64,000 bases of DNA from Oscillospiraceae bacterium (GCA_015065885.1 SVPJ01000005.1:1915-65914), one strand, 5' to 3'; counted from the first letter of the stretch, positions 1-10,167 are shown. Notes: generated by a model not told the origin, from the letters alone. A program made the numbers and translations.

Positions 1-2852
1 TGCAATCGAAGTTGGAACTTGCCCGCACGCAGTACGATGCGGCGGGTGCGGATATCGACCGCGTGGAAGCAGAGACCGAAGAGATCGCCCGCGAAGCGCA
101 GGCTCTCGCGGTGCAGATGGACGAGATCCGCCGTGCCGCCGCCGCACTGGAAGAGGAGGCACTCCGCGCCGAAAGCGAAAGCGCGGTGTTGCGCAACGAC
201 ATCTTCCACCGCGGCGAGACCATCGAGCGGGTGCGGGAGGATATCCGCAAAGCGGAAGAAGGCCGCACGCAAATTGACGAAGAAGTGGCCCGTCACACGG
301 CGGGTATTGCCGAGGAACAGGCGAAGATCGAAGCGGCGCAAGCAGAGAGTCTCACGCTGTCCGAACAGATGGAAGCTCTCTCCCGCAGCAGTGAAGAGGT
401 CACGGGGCGGATGGATACCCTTTCTGCCGAAGCGGCGGCGTTGGCACTGGAACTTTCGGATATCCGTGTGAAACGGGTGTCGGGCGAGACGGCGCTGTCC
501 GAGATCACCATGCGTCTGTCGCAACTGACGGCGGGGGTCACCCTGCGCAGTGAGCAGGCGAAAGAGGCGGAAGCCGAGCGTGCCGCGTGTGAGAAAGACC
601 GCGCGGCGGTGGAGGAGACGCTGACTTCACTGCGCAACTCGCAAAAGGGTTACACCATGCGCCTTGAGGCGCGGCAGGAAAAGTCGCAGACGCTGAAAGA
701 AGAGGCGGATCGCTTAACGTTGGACGCCGAAGCGGCGGCGCGTCGCGTGAGTTTGCTCGAAGAGATGGAGCGCAATCTGGAAGGCTTTTCCGAAAGCGTG
801 AAAACGGTGGTGAAGCAGGCGGGACGCGGCATGCTTCGCGGTCTGCACGGCCCCGTTTCGGGTTTGGTACACGCCCAAAAGGAATATGCGTTGGCGGTGG
901 AAACGGCACTCGGTGCCGCAACACAGCACGTTATTTGTGACCGTGAGGAAGACGCCAAACGTGCCATCGCCTATTTGAAGGAGAATCGTGCGGGACGTGT
1001 GACCTTCTTGCCGATCGCTTCGATGAAAGGTACCCTCCTGACCGAAAAGGGGTTGGAGGACGAAGAAGGCTTTATCGGACTGGCGAGTGACCTTGTGACC
1101 TGTGATAAGCAGTACGAGGAGATCGCCCGCAGTCTCTTGGGGCGCATCGCGGTGGTGGAGGACCTCGACCGCGCGGTGGAGATCGCCCGCAAATACAAAT
1201 ATCGGTTCCGTTTGGTGACACTGGACGGTCAGGTCATCAACGCGGGCGGCTCGATGACGGGCGGCTCGTCGGTGCGCTCGGCAGGCTTGCTGTCCCGCCG
1301 TGCGGAGATCGAACAGTTGAAGACGAAGGCGGAGAAACAAAAAGCCGCCGCCGCCGAAGCGCGGGAAAAGGCGCAAAAGGCGTTGCAGGAGACCGCGGCG
1401 GTGGAAGCCGAAGTGAACGGTCTGGCGGCAGAAATTTCTGTTGCACAGGAAGACGCGATCCGTCTGGACGGCGAGTTGCGCCGTTTGACGGAACTTTCGG
1501 AAAACAGCCGTCGCGAGGCGGAAAATGCCGCCCGCGAAGTTGAACAGTTGAACACCCGCGCCGCCGAACAGCGTGCCGCGATGGAGGGCGCCGAAAAAAC
1601 GGCAGCGGCCATCACCGAAAAGCAGGCGGCACTTGAAGCGCAGATGGCAGAGATCAGCGGCGGCCGTCAGCAGTTGTCGGATGAGCGCGAAGTGCTTGCG
1701 ACGCGTATCGGCGACGTGAAACTGGCGATCCTTTCCCACCGCAAGGAGATCGAGGCGCACGAGGCGGCGATTGCCGATCTGCGTGCCCGCGAAGCGGATT
1801 CGAGCGGATACCGCGAGGGATTGGAAGCACAGATCGCCGCGATCGAAGCGCAAAACGCCGAGACCGAACAGCGTATTGAAGAACTTGCCGCCCGCGCCGC
1901 CGCCCTGCGTGAGCAGGCGAAGGCAGGACTTGGCGAGATCGAAACGTTGATGCAGCGCCGCGACGAAGGCGAACAGCGGCAGACCGAATGCCGCCGGCTG
2001 GCGCGTGAAAAGAGCGACGAGCGCGAGCAGGCGGGTCGTGAAGTGGCGCGTCTGGAAGAAAAGGTGGAGACCGCCTCCCACGAAGCGGAAGACATCGTGC
2101 GCAAACTCTACGACGAATATGAGCTGACCCGCGCCGAAGCGGAACTGGAAGCACCGCCCATTGAAGAGCCTGCCAAAGCGGGCCGTCGTTTGGGCGAACT
2201 CAAGTCCAAGATCCGCGCACTCGGCAACGTCAACGTGGCGGCTATTGAGGAATACCGCGAGGTGAGCGAGCGGTACAACTTCATGTCCGAACAGGTGCGT
2301 GACGTGGAAGTGTCGAAGGAAGAACTGCTGAAACTGATCGGTGACCTTACCTCGCAGATGCGGGATATCTTCGTGGAACGCTTCCGCCAGATCAACCAGA
2401 ACTTCAGCGAGACCTTTACCGAACTGTTCGGCGGCGGTCAGGCGAAACTGGAATTGGCCGACCCGAACGACATTCTGCATTCGGGCATCGAAATGCACGT
2501 GCAGCCCCCCGGCAAAAAGATCCTGAATCTGGACTCCCTCTCGGGCGGCGAAAAGGCGCTGGTTGCCATTGCTTTGTTGTTTGCTATCTTGCACGTGACC
2601 CCCTCGCCCTTCTGCGTGCTGGACGAAATTGAGGCGGCACTCGACGACGTGAACGTGGACCGTTACGCGTCCTATCTGCGCCGTATGTGCGACAAGACGC
2701 AGTTTATCGTCATCACCCACCGTCGCGGCTCGATGGAAGAGGCGGACGTGCTGTACGGTGTGACGATGCAGGAAAAGGGCGTGTCCAAACTGCTCGAACT
2801 GCGCGCAAGCGAAGTGGAGCAAAAACTCGGTATTTCCCTGCAGCAACAGTAA
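1..2852 (+). CDS. smc: Chromosome partition protein Smc, C-terminal part (5' end upstream of window)
   Basis: ORF is open to the window start. Long Ala/Glu/Arg coiled-coil segments, a hinge-like block (GLHGPVSGLVHAQKEYALAVETALGAA...RVTFLPI) and a C-terminal ABC signature LSGGEKALVAIALLFAI plus Walker B FCVLDEIEAALD. Confidence 0.92.
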   Translation, partial: QSKLELARTQYDAAGADIDRVEAETEEIAREAQALAVQMDEIRRAAAALEEEALRAESESAVLRNDIFHRGETIERVREDIRKAEEGRTQIDEEVARHTAGIAEEQAKIEAAQAESLTLSEQMEALSRSSEEVTGRMDTLSAEAAALALELSDIRVKRVSGETALSEITMRLSQLTAGVTLRSEQAKEAEAERAACEKDRAAVEETLTSLRNSQKGYTMRLEARQEKSQTLKEEADRLTLDAEAAARRVSLLEEMERNLEGFSESVKTVVKQAGRGMLRGLHGPVSGLVHAQKEYALAVETALGAATQHVICDREEDAKRAIAYLKENRAGRVTFLPIASMKGTLLTEKGLEDEEGFIGLASDLVTCDKQYEEIARSLLGRIAVVEDLDRAVEIARKYKYRFRLVTLDGQVINAGGSMTGGSSVRSAGLLSRRAEIEQLKTKAEKQKAAAAEAREKAQKALQETAAVEAEVNGLAAEISVAQEDAIRLDGELRRLTELSENSRREAENAAREVEQLNTRAAEQRAAMEGAEKTAAAITEKQAALEAQMAEISGGRQQLSDEREVLATRIGDVKLAILSHRKEIEAHEAAIADLRAREADSSGYREGLEAQIAAIEAQNAETEQRIEELAARAAALREQAKAGLGEIETLMQRRDEGEQRQTECRRLAREKSDEREQAGREVARLEEKVETASHEAEDIVRKLYDEYELTRAEAELEAPPIEEPAKAGRRLGELKSKIRALGNVNVAAIEEYREVSERYNFMSEQVRDVEVSKEELLKLIGDLTSQMRDIFVERFRQINQNFSETFTELFGGGQAKLELADPNDILHSGIEMHVQPPGKKILNLDSLSGGEKALVAIALLFAILHVTPSPFCVLDEIEAALDDVNVDRYASYLRRMCDKTQFIVITHRRGSMEEADVLYGVTMQEKGVSKLLELRASEVEQKLGISLQQQ

Positions 2853-2864
2853 GGAGACTATACA

Positions 2865-3776
2865 ATGGGATTTTTCCAAAAGATCAAACAAGGTTTACAG
2901 AAAACGCGGGATTCGCTGATGAATCCGCTCAATTCCCTGTTTCGTTCCTTCACCAAAATTGACGAGGAACTGTTCGAGGAACTGGAAGAGATCCTCATTA
3001 TGGGGGATGTCGGCGCGAACACCGCCGCGCACATTTGTGAGCGACTGCGTGCCCGCGTGAAGGAAACGGGTACCACCGACCCTGCCGCCGTGCGCGATCT
3101 GCTGTCGGAGATCGTCAGCGATATGCTCGCGGGCGGGCAGGAGATGCAGATGAACACCCGTCCCTCCGTCGTGCTGGTCATCGGCGTGAACGGCGTGGGC
3201 AAGACCACCACCATCGGTAAACTCGCGGCGCGCTACCGTGCCGAAGGCAAAAAGGTGGTGCTCGCGGCGGCGGATACCTTCCGTGCCGCGGCGATTGAAC
3301 AACTCGAAATTTGGGCGGACCGTGCAGGCGCCGATTTTGTACACCACGCGGAAGGGTCCGACCCGGCGGCGGTGGTGTTCGACGCCATCGGTGCCGCGAA
3401 AGCCCGCGGTGCGGATATCGTCATTTGCGATACGGCAGGGCGGTTGCACAACAAGAAAAATCTGATGGACGAGTTGTCCAAAATTGCCCGTGTGATCGAC
3501 CGTGAGTTGCCGGGCGCGGACAAGGAAGTGTTGCTCGTGCTGGATGCCACCACCGGTCAAAACGCCGTGAATCAGGCGCGTGAGTTCAAAAACGCGGCGG
3601 GTATCACGGGTATCGTGCTGACCAAACTGGACGGCACGGCACGCGGCGGCGTGGTGCTTGCCATCCGCGAGGATCTGGACGTTCCCGTGAAATTCATCGG
3701 TGTCGGTGAAGGGGTGGACGACCTGCAACCGTTCGACCCCGCGGAGTTTACGAAAGGACTGTTCGAGACGGAATGA
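2865..3776 (+). CDS. ftsY: Signal recognition particle receptor FtsY
   Basis: SRP-GTPase motifs GVNGVGKTTTIGKLA, DTAGRL and TKLDGTARGG; no M-domain. AAGGAGA RBS upstream; classic smc-ftsY synteny. Confidence 0.92.
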   Translation: MGFFQKIKQGLQKTRDSLMNPLNSLFRSFTKIDEELFEELEEILIMGDVGANTAAHICERLRARVKETGTTDPAAVRDLLSEIVSDMLAGGQEMQMNTRPSVVLVIGVNGVGKTTTIGKLAARYRAEGKKVVLAAADTFRAAAIEQLEIWADRAGADFVHHAEGSDPAAVVFDAIGAAKARGADIVICDTAGRLHNKKNLMDELSKIARVIDRELPGADKEVLLVLDATTGQNAVNQAREFKNAAGITGIVLTKLDGTARGGVVLAIREDLDVPVKFIGVGEGVDDLQPFDPAEFTKGLFETE

Positions 3777-4360
3777 AATTCATAATTGCTACACACAATA
3801 CGCATAAATTGGACGAGTTGCGCCGCATTTTGGCGCCGCTCGGCATCGCGGCGGACATCGACCCCGCGCTGCCCGAAGCGGACGAGACGGGCGTGACCTT
3901 TGCGGAGAACGCGTTTATTAAGGCGGACGAGGCGTGTAAGTTTACGGGTCTGCCCGCGATTGCGGACGATTCGGGGCTCACGGTAGACGCACTCGGCGGG
4001 GAGCCGGGGGTGTATTCCGCCCGTTACGCCCCCGTGGGCAGTCGCAAGGCGACGGTGCTGAAAAAACTCGAAGGTCTGCCGACTGCCGAGCGCGGTGCCG
4101 CCTTCGTTTCGGCGGTGTGTTGCGTGTTTCCGAACGGGGATACGGTCACTGCCGAAGGGGTCTGCCGCGGGCATATCGGGGAAGCACCGCGCGGGGAAGG
4201 CGGCTTCGGCTACGATCCCATCTTTGTGACCGAAAACGGCAAGACCTTTGCCGAACTCTCACCCGCCGAAAAGGATGCGGTGAGCCACCGCGGCCGTGCC
4301 CTGCGCGCGTTTGCGGAAAAATTAGCGAACTATTTGGAGGAACATCATGTTGACGAGTAA
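3773..4360 (+). CDS. rdgB: Non-canonical purine NTP pyrophosphatase (RdgB/HAM1 family)
   Basis: Ham1-family motifs ATHNTHKLDE, FGYDPIF and SHRGRA. ATGA overlap with the ftsY stop. Confidence 0.85.
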   Translation: MKFIIATHNTHKLDELRRILAPLGIAADIDPALPEADETGVTFAENAFIKADEACKFTGLPAIADDSGLTVDALGGEPGVYSARYAPVGSRKATVLKKLEGLPTAERGAAFVSAVCCVFPNGDTVTAEGVCRGHIGEAPRGEGGFGYDPIFVTENGKTFAELSPAEKDAVSHRGRALRAFAEKLANYLEEHHVDE

Positions 4361-4643
4361 ACAACGCGCGTTTTTGCGCGGTATGGCGAATACGCTGGAT
4401 CCGATCCTGCACGCAGGTAAGGGCGGTATTTCGGATGCGATGAAAAAGCAGGCGGACGATGCGCTGACCGCGCGCGAACTCATGAAAGGTCGCGTGCTGG
4501 AAACGGCGCCTGCCTCCACCCGCGAAACGGCGGAGGAGATCGCCGCCGCGGTGGGTGCCGAGGTGGTCGGGGTCATCGGCCGCACCTTCGTGCTGTATCG
4601 CCGCAACCCGAAAGACCCCGTCATCGACCTGCCCCGCGCCTGA
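4347..4643 (+). CDS. yhbY: YhbY/CRM-domain RNA-binding ribosome assembly protein
   Basis: 98 aa with LTSKQRAFLRGMAN...GKGGIS...ELMK pattern typical of YhbY (B. subtilis YqeI). Sits directly before nadD, as in the yqe operon. Confidence 0.8.
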   Translation: MLTSKQRAFLRGMANTLDPILHAGKGGISDAMKKQADDALTARELMKGRVLETAPASTRETAEEIAAAVGAEVVGVIGRTFVLYRRNPKDPVIDLPRA

Positions 4644-5857
4644 TGGGAGCGACGAAACGGTGCGGTCTGTTCGGCGGCACGTTTGACCCGATCCACAGCG
4701 GGCACGTGGCACTGATTCGTGCCTTGATGCGGGAATTGTCGCTGGACGAAGTGGTGTTGATGCCCACCGCACAGCCGCCGCACAAACTGAAAAACGGCAT
4801 GGCGGCGGCGGAACACCGCCTTCAGATGTGCCGCCTGGCAACGGCGGATATGGCAGGGGTGCAGGTCTCGGACTGGGAACTGCGGCAAGGCGGTGTCAGT
4901 TTCACCGTCGATACGCTGGCGCACCTTACCGCCGAACGACCCGATACGCAGTGGTATCTGTTCGTGGGGGCCGATATGTTTTTGTCCATCGACACGTGGT
5001 TTCGTTTTGCTGACATTGCGGCGATGGCGGTGCTGTGTGCCGTGCCGCGCGGCGATGCCGATGCGGCGGATCTGCGCCGAAAAGCGGCTTCACTCACGGC
5101 GCGCGGTGCGCGGTGTGTGGTGGCGGATATGACGGCGGTGGACGTGTCTTCCACCGACTTGCGTGAGTGCATACGAAACGGAAAAGGAACGGACGGCTTG
5201 TTGCCGCCCGCCGTGGAGGCGTATATTATGGAAAACCGTTTATATACCGACGAGAGCGGTTCCCCCGCGACCGACGAGCAGATCACGGCGATCTTGCGCC
5301 GCCGTTTGAAACCGAAGCGTTTCGACCATTCGCTCGCGGTGGCAGAGGAAGCGGTGCGGCTGGCGACCCGCTACGGTGCCGACGTCCAAAAAGCACGCAC
5401 GGCGGGGTTGCTTCACGACGTGATGAAGAACACCCCGCCCGCCGACCAGTTGCAGGTGCTGGACAATTACGGCATTGCCATGAGCGAGGTGGAGCGTGGG
5501 GCGGAAAAACTCTACCACGCGATGAGCGGCGCGGCGTTTGCGGAACATGTGCTGGGTATTACCGACCGCGATATACTGAATGCCGTGCGGTATCACACCA
5601 CCGCTCGCGCAGGGATGAGTTTGCTTGAGCAGGTGTTGTATCTCGCGGATTTCACCTCTGCCGATCGCGACTACGACGACGTGGACGTGATGCGCCGACT
5701 GGTGGACGTTAGTATGGAAGATGCCATGGCGTACGCGCTTGCGTATACCATCAAAGATTTAGTAAAGAAGAAAAAGCCGATCCACCCCGACACGGTGGCG
5801 GCGTTTAACGAGGTTACGATGAAAGGAGACGGCGAGAATGGCAACTGCACCCGCTAA
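4643..5857 (+). CDS. nadD: Fusion protein: nicotinate-nucleotide adenylyltransferase (NadD) plus HD-domain YqeK-type phosphohydrolase
   Basis: The N-terminal half has GLFGGTFDPIHSGH (HxGH nucleotidyltransferase). The C-terminal half has HD-domain signatures (RFDHSLAVAEEA, GLLHDV, RYHTT). One continuous 404-aa frame. Confidence 0.85.
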   Translation: MGATKRCGLFGGTFDPIHSGHVALIRALMRELSLDEVVLMPTAQPPHKLKNGMAAAEHRLQMCRLATADMAGVQVSDWELRQGGVSFTVDTLAHLTAERPDTQWYLFVGADMFLSIDTWFRFADIAAMAVLCAVPRGDADAADLRRKAASLTARGARCVVADMTAVDVSSTDLRECIRNGKGTDGLLPPAVEAYIMENRLYTDESGSPATDEQITAILRRRLKPKRFDHSLAVAEEAVRLATRYGADVQKARTAGLLHDVMKNTPPADQLQVLDNYGIAMSEVERGAEKLYHAMSGAAFAEHVLGITDRDILNAVRYHTTARAGMSLLEQVLYLADFTSADRDYDDVDVMRRLVDVSMEDAMAYALAYTIKDLVKKKKPIHPDTVAAFNEVTMKGDGENGNCTR

Positions 5858-7055
5858 AAAACCGACAGCCAAGAAGAAAAAGAAAACGTACGGCCGCCTT
5901 GTGCTGACCGTGCTGATGGTGTTGCTCATCGTGCTGGCGTCCCTTTTGATCTATAAGATCGGGCGGGCGATGTACGATTCCTACATCGGCGGCGGTGACG
6001 ACGAGGGGGACGTTTCAAACGTCGATCCCGTGATCTACGAGACCACTCCCGTGGCACAAAGCACTAAGGTGGGGTATTACCTGCTCGGTGTGATGGGGGA
6101 AGAGGACGCCGAAGGGGAGACCGATCTTATCTCGCTCGTCTGCTTCGACAAGGAGAAAAAGACGGTGCGTATTCTGCAGATGCCGCAGGATACCTACCTT
6201 GGCGAGGACGATGCTTTCAAGGTGAAGCGTCTGTCCGAAGTGTTTGCGTCACCGCAGGACCTTTTGTGGTGCAACGTCTGCCGTTGTCGGGTGTACGAGC
6301 CCGCCGTGGGCGAGGAGATGACCCATGCGGAATGCGGCAGTAAACTCGCGACCAAAGAAGGCTCGTCTACCGTGAATCTGGTGGAGGTGTTCAACCGTCA
6401 GTACGGTCTGCCCATCGACGGGTTCTTCATCTTTGAACAGGAGACCTTCCGCAAACTGGTCGATCTGATCGGCGGCGTGACGGTGGATCTCGCGTTTGAC
6501 GTGAAGACCGAGGATGTCACCTACGAAAAGGGCGTTCGCGCCATCGACGGTACGGCGACACTTAAGTATATCGCCGCTTCGGGCGACGGTGCGGCGAAGG
6601 ATATCGAGCGGTTTGCCCGTTTCCAGCAGGTGTGTACCGCCGTTTTGCAACGCTTGTTTGCGATGGAGGATGCCAAGATGACGGCGGACGTGTTCCAGCC
6701 GCTGATGGTGGGCAGTACCCCCATCCGCATCAGTTTCAGCGACGATTACAAATCCATCGTGGAGTTGGTGCGCGCTCTTTCGGCGGTGCCGTTTGAAGAG
6801 ATGGCGGCGTACGTGCTTCCCGGTGAGACGGCAAGCGACGACGGCGAGACCTACTATTCGGTACACCGCGACGAGGTGTTGACGCTTTTGAACGGGGAGT
6901 TCAACCCGCACGGCGACCCGATCACCGAAGGAGACTTAAATCTGACCGAACTGGCAAACGGCAAGGAAAGCGATCTTACCCCCACGCTGCTTTCGCAGTG
7001 GGTGGTAGAACAAGAGACGGCGGTACAGCCGACTGAAGAACCGACGGAGGAATAA
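5838..7055 (+). CDS. LytR-CpsA-Psr (LCP) family protein with N-terminal membrane anchor
   Basis: Lys-rich N-terminus plus TM helix. LCP-like core (DLISLVCFDKEKKTVRILQMPQDTY ... GLPIDGFFIFEQETFRKLVDLIGGVTVDL). Confidence 0.7.
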   Translation: MATAPAKKPTAKKKKKTYGRLVLTVLMVLLIVLASLLIYKIGRAMYDSYIGGGDDEGDVSNVDPVIYETTPVAQSTKVGYYLLGVMGEEDAEGETDLISLVCFDKEKKTVRILQMPQDTYLGEDDAFKVKRLSEVFASPQDLLWCNVCRCRVYEPAVGEEMTHAECGSKLATKEGSSTVNLVEVFNRQYGLPIDGFFIFEQETFRKLVDLIGGVTVDLAFDVKTEDVTYEKGVRAIDGTATLKYIAASGDGAAKDIERFARFQQVCTAVLQRLFAMEDAKMTADVFQPLMVGSTPIRISFSDDYKSIVELVRALSAVPFEEMAAYVLPGETASDDGETYYSVHRDEVLTLLNGEFNPHGDPITEGDLNLTELANGKESDLTPTLLSQWVVEQETAVQPTEEPTEE

Positions 7056-7439
7056 ATGATGGCAGAAACCAAAACCACGGTGCGCGCCTTGGTGCGGGCA
7101 CTGGATAAGCATAAGGCGGGCAACATCCGCGTCATCGAGGTGGGAGACCTCACCTCGCTTGCCGACGTGTTCGTCATCTGTGAGGGCGGCAGTTCCACGC
7201 AGGTGCGGGCGCTCGCGGATTACGCCGAAGAAGAACTGAAGGCACAGGATATCGCTCCGCTTCGAGTGGAAGGCTACCGCTCGCAGGGGTGGATCGTGCT
7301 GGATTACGGCGACGTGGTGGCACACGTGTTCCATCACGAGACCCGCACATTTTATGATCTGGAACGCTTGTGGAAAGACGGGCGCGAGATAGATATTACT
7401 GAATTTTTGGATAACGAGGGTGACAACAATGCGGTATGA
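7056..7439 (+). CDS. rsfS: Ribosome silencing factor RsfS
   Basis: 127 aa; VFVICEGGSSTQVRALAD and WIVLDYGDVVAHVF motifs of the RsfS/iojap family. Confidence 0.88.
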   Translation: MMAETKTTVRALVRALDKHKAGNIRVIEVGDLTSLADVFVICEGGSSTQVRALADYAEEELKAQDIAPLRVEGYRSQGWIVLDYGDVVAHVFHHETRTFYDLERLWKDGREIDITEFLDNEGDNNAV

Positions 7440-9840
7440 TGCAAAAGTAACCGAAGCAAAATGGCAAAAGATCTGGGAGGACAGCCACGTGTTCGAGGCG
7501 TCTGACGATCATTCCAAACCGAAGTTTTACGGTTTGGTGGAGTTCCCGTATCCGTCGGGTGCGGGCATGCACGTGGGGCATATCAAGGCGTATTCGGGTC
7601 TGGAAGTGATCGGGCGCAAACGCCGTAAGCAGGGGTACAACGTGTTGTTCCCCATCGGCTTTGACGCGTACGGTCTGCCCACCGAAAACTACGCGATCAA
7701 AACGGGTATCCATCCCCGCGAAGTGACCGACAAAAACATTGCGCGTTTCACCGAACAGCTCAAACGCGTGGGTTTTGCGTTCGACTGGTCCCGCGTGATC
7801 GACACCACCGAGGAAGCGTATTATAAGTGGACGCAGTGGATCTTTTTGAAGATGTTCGAAAACGGTCTCGCGTTCCGCGACAAGACCCTCGTGAACTACT
7901 GCCCGAGCTGTAAGGTGGTGCTGTCCAACGAGGATTCGCAGGGCGGCAAGTGCGACATCTGCCACAGCGACGTGGTACAGCGCGCGAAAGACGTGTGGTA
8001 TCTGCGCATCACCCAGTACGCCGACAAATTGCTCGAAGGACTCGAAGAGGTGGATTATCTGCCGAACGTGAAACTGCAGCAGAAGAACTGGATCGGCAAG
8101 TCGACGGGTGCGTTCGTTAACTTCAAGCTGAACGGTGCAGAGGAGACGCTGCGCATCTATACCACCCGTCCCGACACCCTGTTCGGTGTGACCTTCATGG
8201 TCATGGCACCCGAGCATCCCTTGATCGAAAAGTACCGCGACCGCATTGCGAACATAGCGGCACTCGACGCCTACCGCACCGAGTGCAGTAAGAAGACCGA
8301 GTTCGAACGTACCCAGCTGGTGAAAGACAAGACGGGCGTGCGTATCGAAGGCTTGTCGGCGGTCAACCCCGTGACGGGCAAGGACGTGCCGATCTACATT
8401 TCGGATTACGTGATGATGGGTTACGGCACGGGTGCTATTATGGCGGTGCCCGCGCACGACGAGCGTGACTACGACTTCGCGAAGAAGTTCGGCATCGACA
8501 TCATCCCCGTCATTGAAGGCGGTAACATCGAAGAAGCCGCTTACACGGGTGACGGCAACGTCATCAACTCGGGTTTCTTGAACGGTTGCACCACCAAGCA
8601 GGAAGCGATCGAAAAGATGCTGGCGCATCTTGCCGCCGAAGGCATCGGTGAAGCGGGCGTGCAGTACAAGATGAAGGACTGGGCGTTCAACCGTCAGCGT
8701 TACTGGGGTGAGCCGATCCCGATCGTGCATTGCCCGACCTGCGGTATGGTGCCCGTGCCGTATGAAGAACTGCCGCTTCGTCTGCCGCGTGCGGACAGTT
8801 TTGCTCCCGGCTCGGACGGCGAAAGCCCGCTTGCCAAAATCGAAGAGTTCGTGAACTGCACCTGCCCAAAGTGTGGCGGTGCGGCACGCCGCGAGACCGA
8901 CACCATGCCCCAGTGGGCAGGCTCGTCGTGGTACTTCCTGCGGTATATCGACCCGAAGAACAGCGAGGCACTGGCGGACAAAAAGGAACTGGAATACTGG
9001 ATGCCGGTCGATTGGTACAACGGCGGTATGGAACACGTGACCCGTCACATGATCTACTCCCGTTTCTGGCACCATTTCCTGCACGATATCGGTGCCGTAC
9101 CGACGGCAGAGCCGTACGCCAAGCGCACCGCGCAGGGCCTCATTTTGGGCCCCGACGGCGATAAGATGAGCAAATCCAAGGGCAACGTGGTGGACCCGCT
9201 CGAGGTGGTGGATGCCTACGGTGCAGACGTGCTTCGCGTGTACATCCTGTTTATGGGTGACTACGAAAAGGCGACCCCGTGGTCGGAAAACGGCGTGAAA
9301 GGCTGCAAGCGCTTCCTCGACCGTGTGTGGTCGTTGCAGGATGCGCTGGTCGACAGTGAAGAACTTTCGGAGGATATGACCGCACCGTTCCACCGTACGC
9401 TGAAAAAGGTGACCGAAGATATCGAAGCGATGAAGTTCAACACCGCGATCGCGGCGATGATGACCCTGCTCAACCAACTCGGCGAAAAGGGGTCGGTCAC
9501 CCGCGGCGAGTGGAAACTGCTCCTTTCGATGCTCAACCCGTTTGCCCCGCACATCACCGAAGAGATGTGGCAGACGGCAGGTTTTGAAGGGATGCTCGCG
9601 ACCGCCGCGTGGCCCGCATACGACGAAGCGAAGTGTGCCGAAAGCACCATTGAGATCGCGGTACAGGTCAACGGCAAACTGCGCAGCCGCCTGACGGTGG
9701 CGGCGGACGTCACCGCCGCCGATGCGATCGCCGCGGCCAAAGCGGACGAAAAGACCCTGCCGTTTATCGAAGGTATGCAGTTCGTGAAAGAGTTGTACGT
9801 TCCCGGAAAATTGGTGAATTTGGTGGTAAAACCGCAGTAA
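7429..9840 (+). CDS. leuS: Leucine--tRNA ligase
   Basis: HIGH-type motif (PSGAGMHVGH), KMSKS (DKMSKSKGN), and LeuS-specific editing and Zn regions. ATG at 7429 is preferred over the GTG at 7420 because of a GAGGG RBS. Overlaps the rsfS end. Confidence 0.93.
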   Translation: MRYDAKVTEAKWQKIWEDSHVFEASDDHSKPKFYGLVEFPYPSGAGMHVGHIKAYSGLEVIGRKRRKQGYNVLFPIGFDAYGLPTENYAIKTGIHPREVTDKNIARFTEQLKRVGFAFDWSRVIDTTEEAYYKWTQWIFLKMFENGLAFRDKTLVNYCPSCKVVLSNEDSQGGKCDICHSDVVQRAKDVWYLRITQYADKLLEGLEEVDYLPNVKLQQKNWIGKSTGAFVNFKLNGAEETLRIYTTRPDTLFGVTFMVMAPEHPLIEKYRDRIANIAALDAYRTECSKKTEFERTQLVKDKTGVRIEGLSAVNPVTGKDVPIYISDYVMMGYGTGAIMAVPAHDERDYDFAKKFGIDIIPVIEGGNIEEAAYTGDGNVINSGFLNGCTTKQEAIEKMLAHLAAEGIGEAGVQYKMKDWAFNRQRYWGEPIPIVHCPTCGMVPVPYEELPLRLPRADSFAPGSDGESPLAKIEEFVNCTCPKCGGAARRETDTMPQWAGSSWYFLRYIDPKNSEALADKKELEYWMPVDWYNGGMEHVTRHMIYSRFWHHFLHDIGAVPTAEPYAKRTAQGLILGPDGDKMSKSKGNVVDPLEVVDAYGADVLRVYILFMGDYEKATPWSENGVKGCKRFLDRVWSLQDALVDSEELSEDMTAPFHRTLKKVTEDIEAMKFNTAIAAMMTLLNQLGEKGSVTRGEWKLLLSMLNPFAPHITEEMWQTAGFEGMLATAAWPAYDEAKCAESTIEIAVQVNGKLRSRLTVAADVTAADAIAAAKADEKTLPFIEGMQFVKELYVPGKLVNLVVKPQ

Positions 9841-9894
9841 AAAACAGCGGTTTGACGAAAAACACAAAAAACCGAAAAATTTCACAGATATGAC

Positions 9895-9923
9895 TTGACG
9901 AACGGATAAAAAGCGTGTATACT
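9895..9923 (+). promoter_or_regulatory. Sigma-A type promoter for rpsU
   Basis: TTGACG (9895-9900), 17-nt spacer, TATACT (9918-9923). Confidence 0.6.
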
Positions 9924-9976
9924 AATTAGGCTAATAGCATATTACCCCTGCTTACAGGCGGAGGGAGGGAATACGA

Positions 9977-10153
9977 ATGTCAGAAGTCAAGGTCAAAGAA
10001 AACGAAAGCTTGGACAGTGCTCTTCGCAGATGGAAGAAGTCCTGCGCTCGCGCGGGTACGCTCGCTGAAGTCCGCAAGAGAGAGCACTATGAAAAGCCTT
10101 CTGTCCGACGCAAGAAGAAGTCGGAGGCTGCACGCAAGAGAAAGTTCAAATAA
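9977..10153 (+). CDS. rpsU: 30S ribosomal protein S21
   Basis: 58-aa ORF below the ORF-track cutoff: [67 protein letters not shown] upstream. Confidence 0.9.
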   Translation: MSEVKVKENESLDSALRRWKKSCARAGTLAEVRKREHYEKPSVRRKKKSEAARKRKFK

Positions 10154-10167
10154 GCGTATGCATCCGC

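Noticed and set aside
7300-7440. T-box leader for leuS.
   Set aside because: leuS overlaps the rsfS end and is translationally packed in the operon, so there is no room for a leader.
7396-9885. 829-aa ORF antisense to leuS. Similar long antisense or off-frame ORFs occur at 714-2891, 27156-29423, 30644-32560, 49532-51367, 52895-54265, 54145-56292 and 57743-59821.
   Set aside because: Each mirrors a gene with strong family motifs on the other strand. Their translations are low-complexity Arg/Gly/His/Val-rich with no motifs, as expected from stop-codon depletion in high-GC DNA. One even runs across the tRNA gene.
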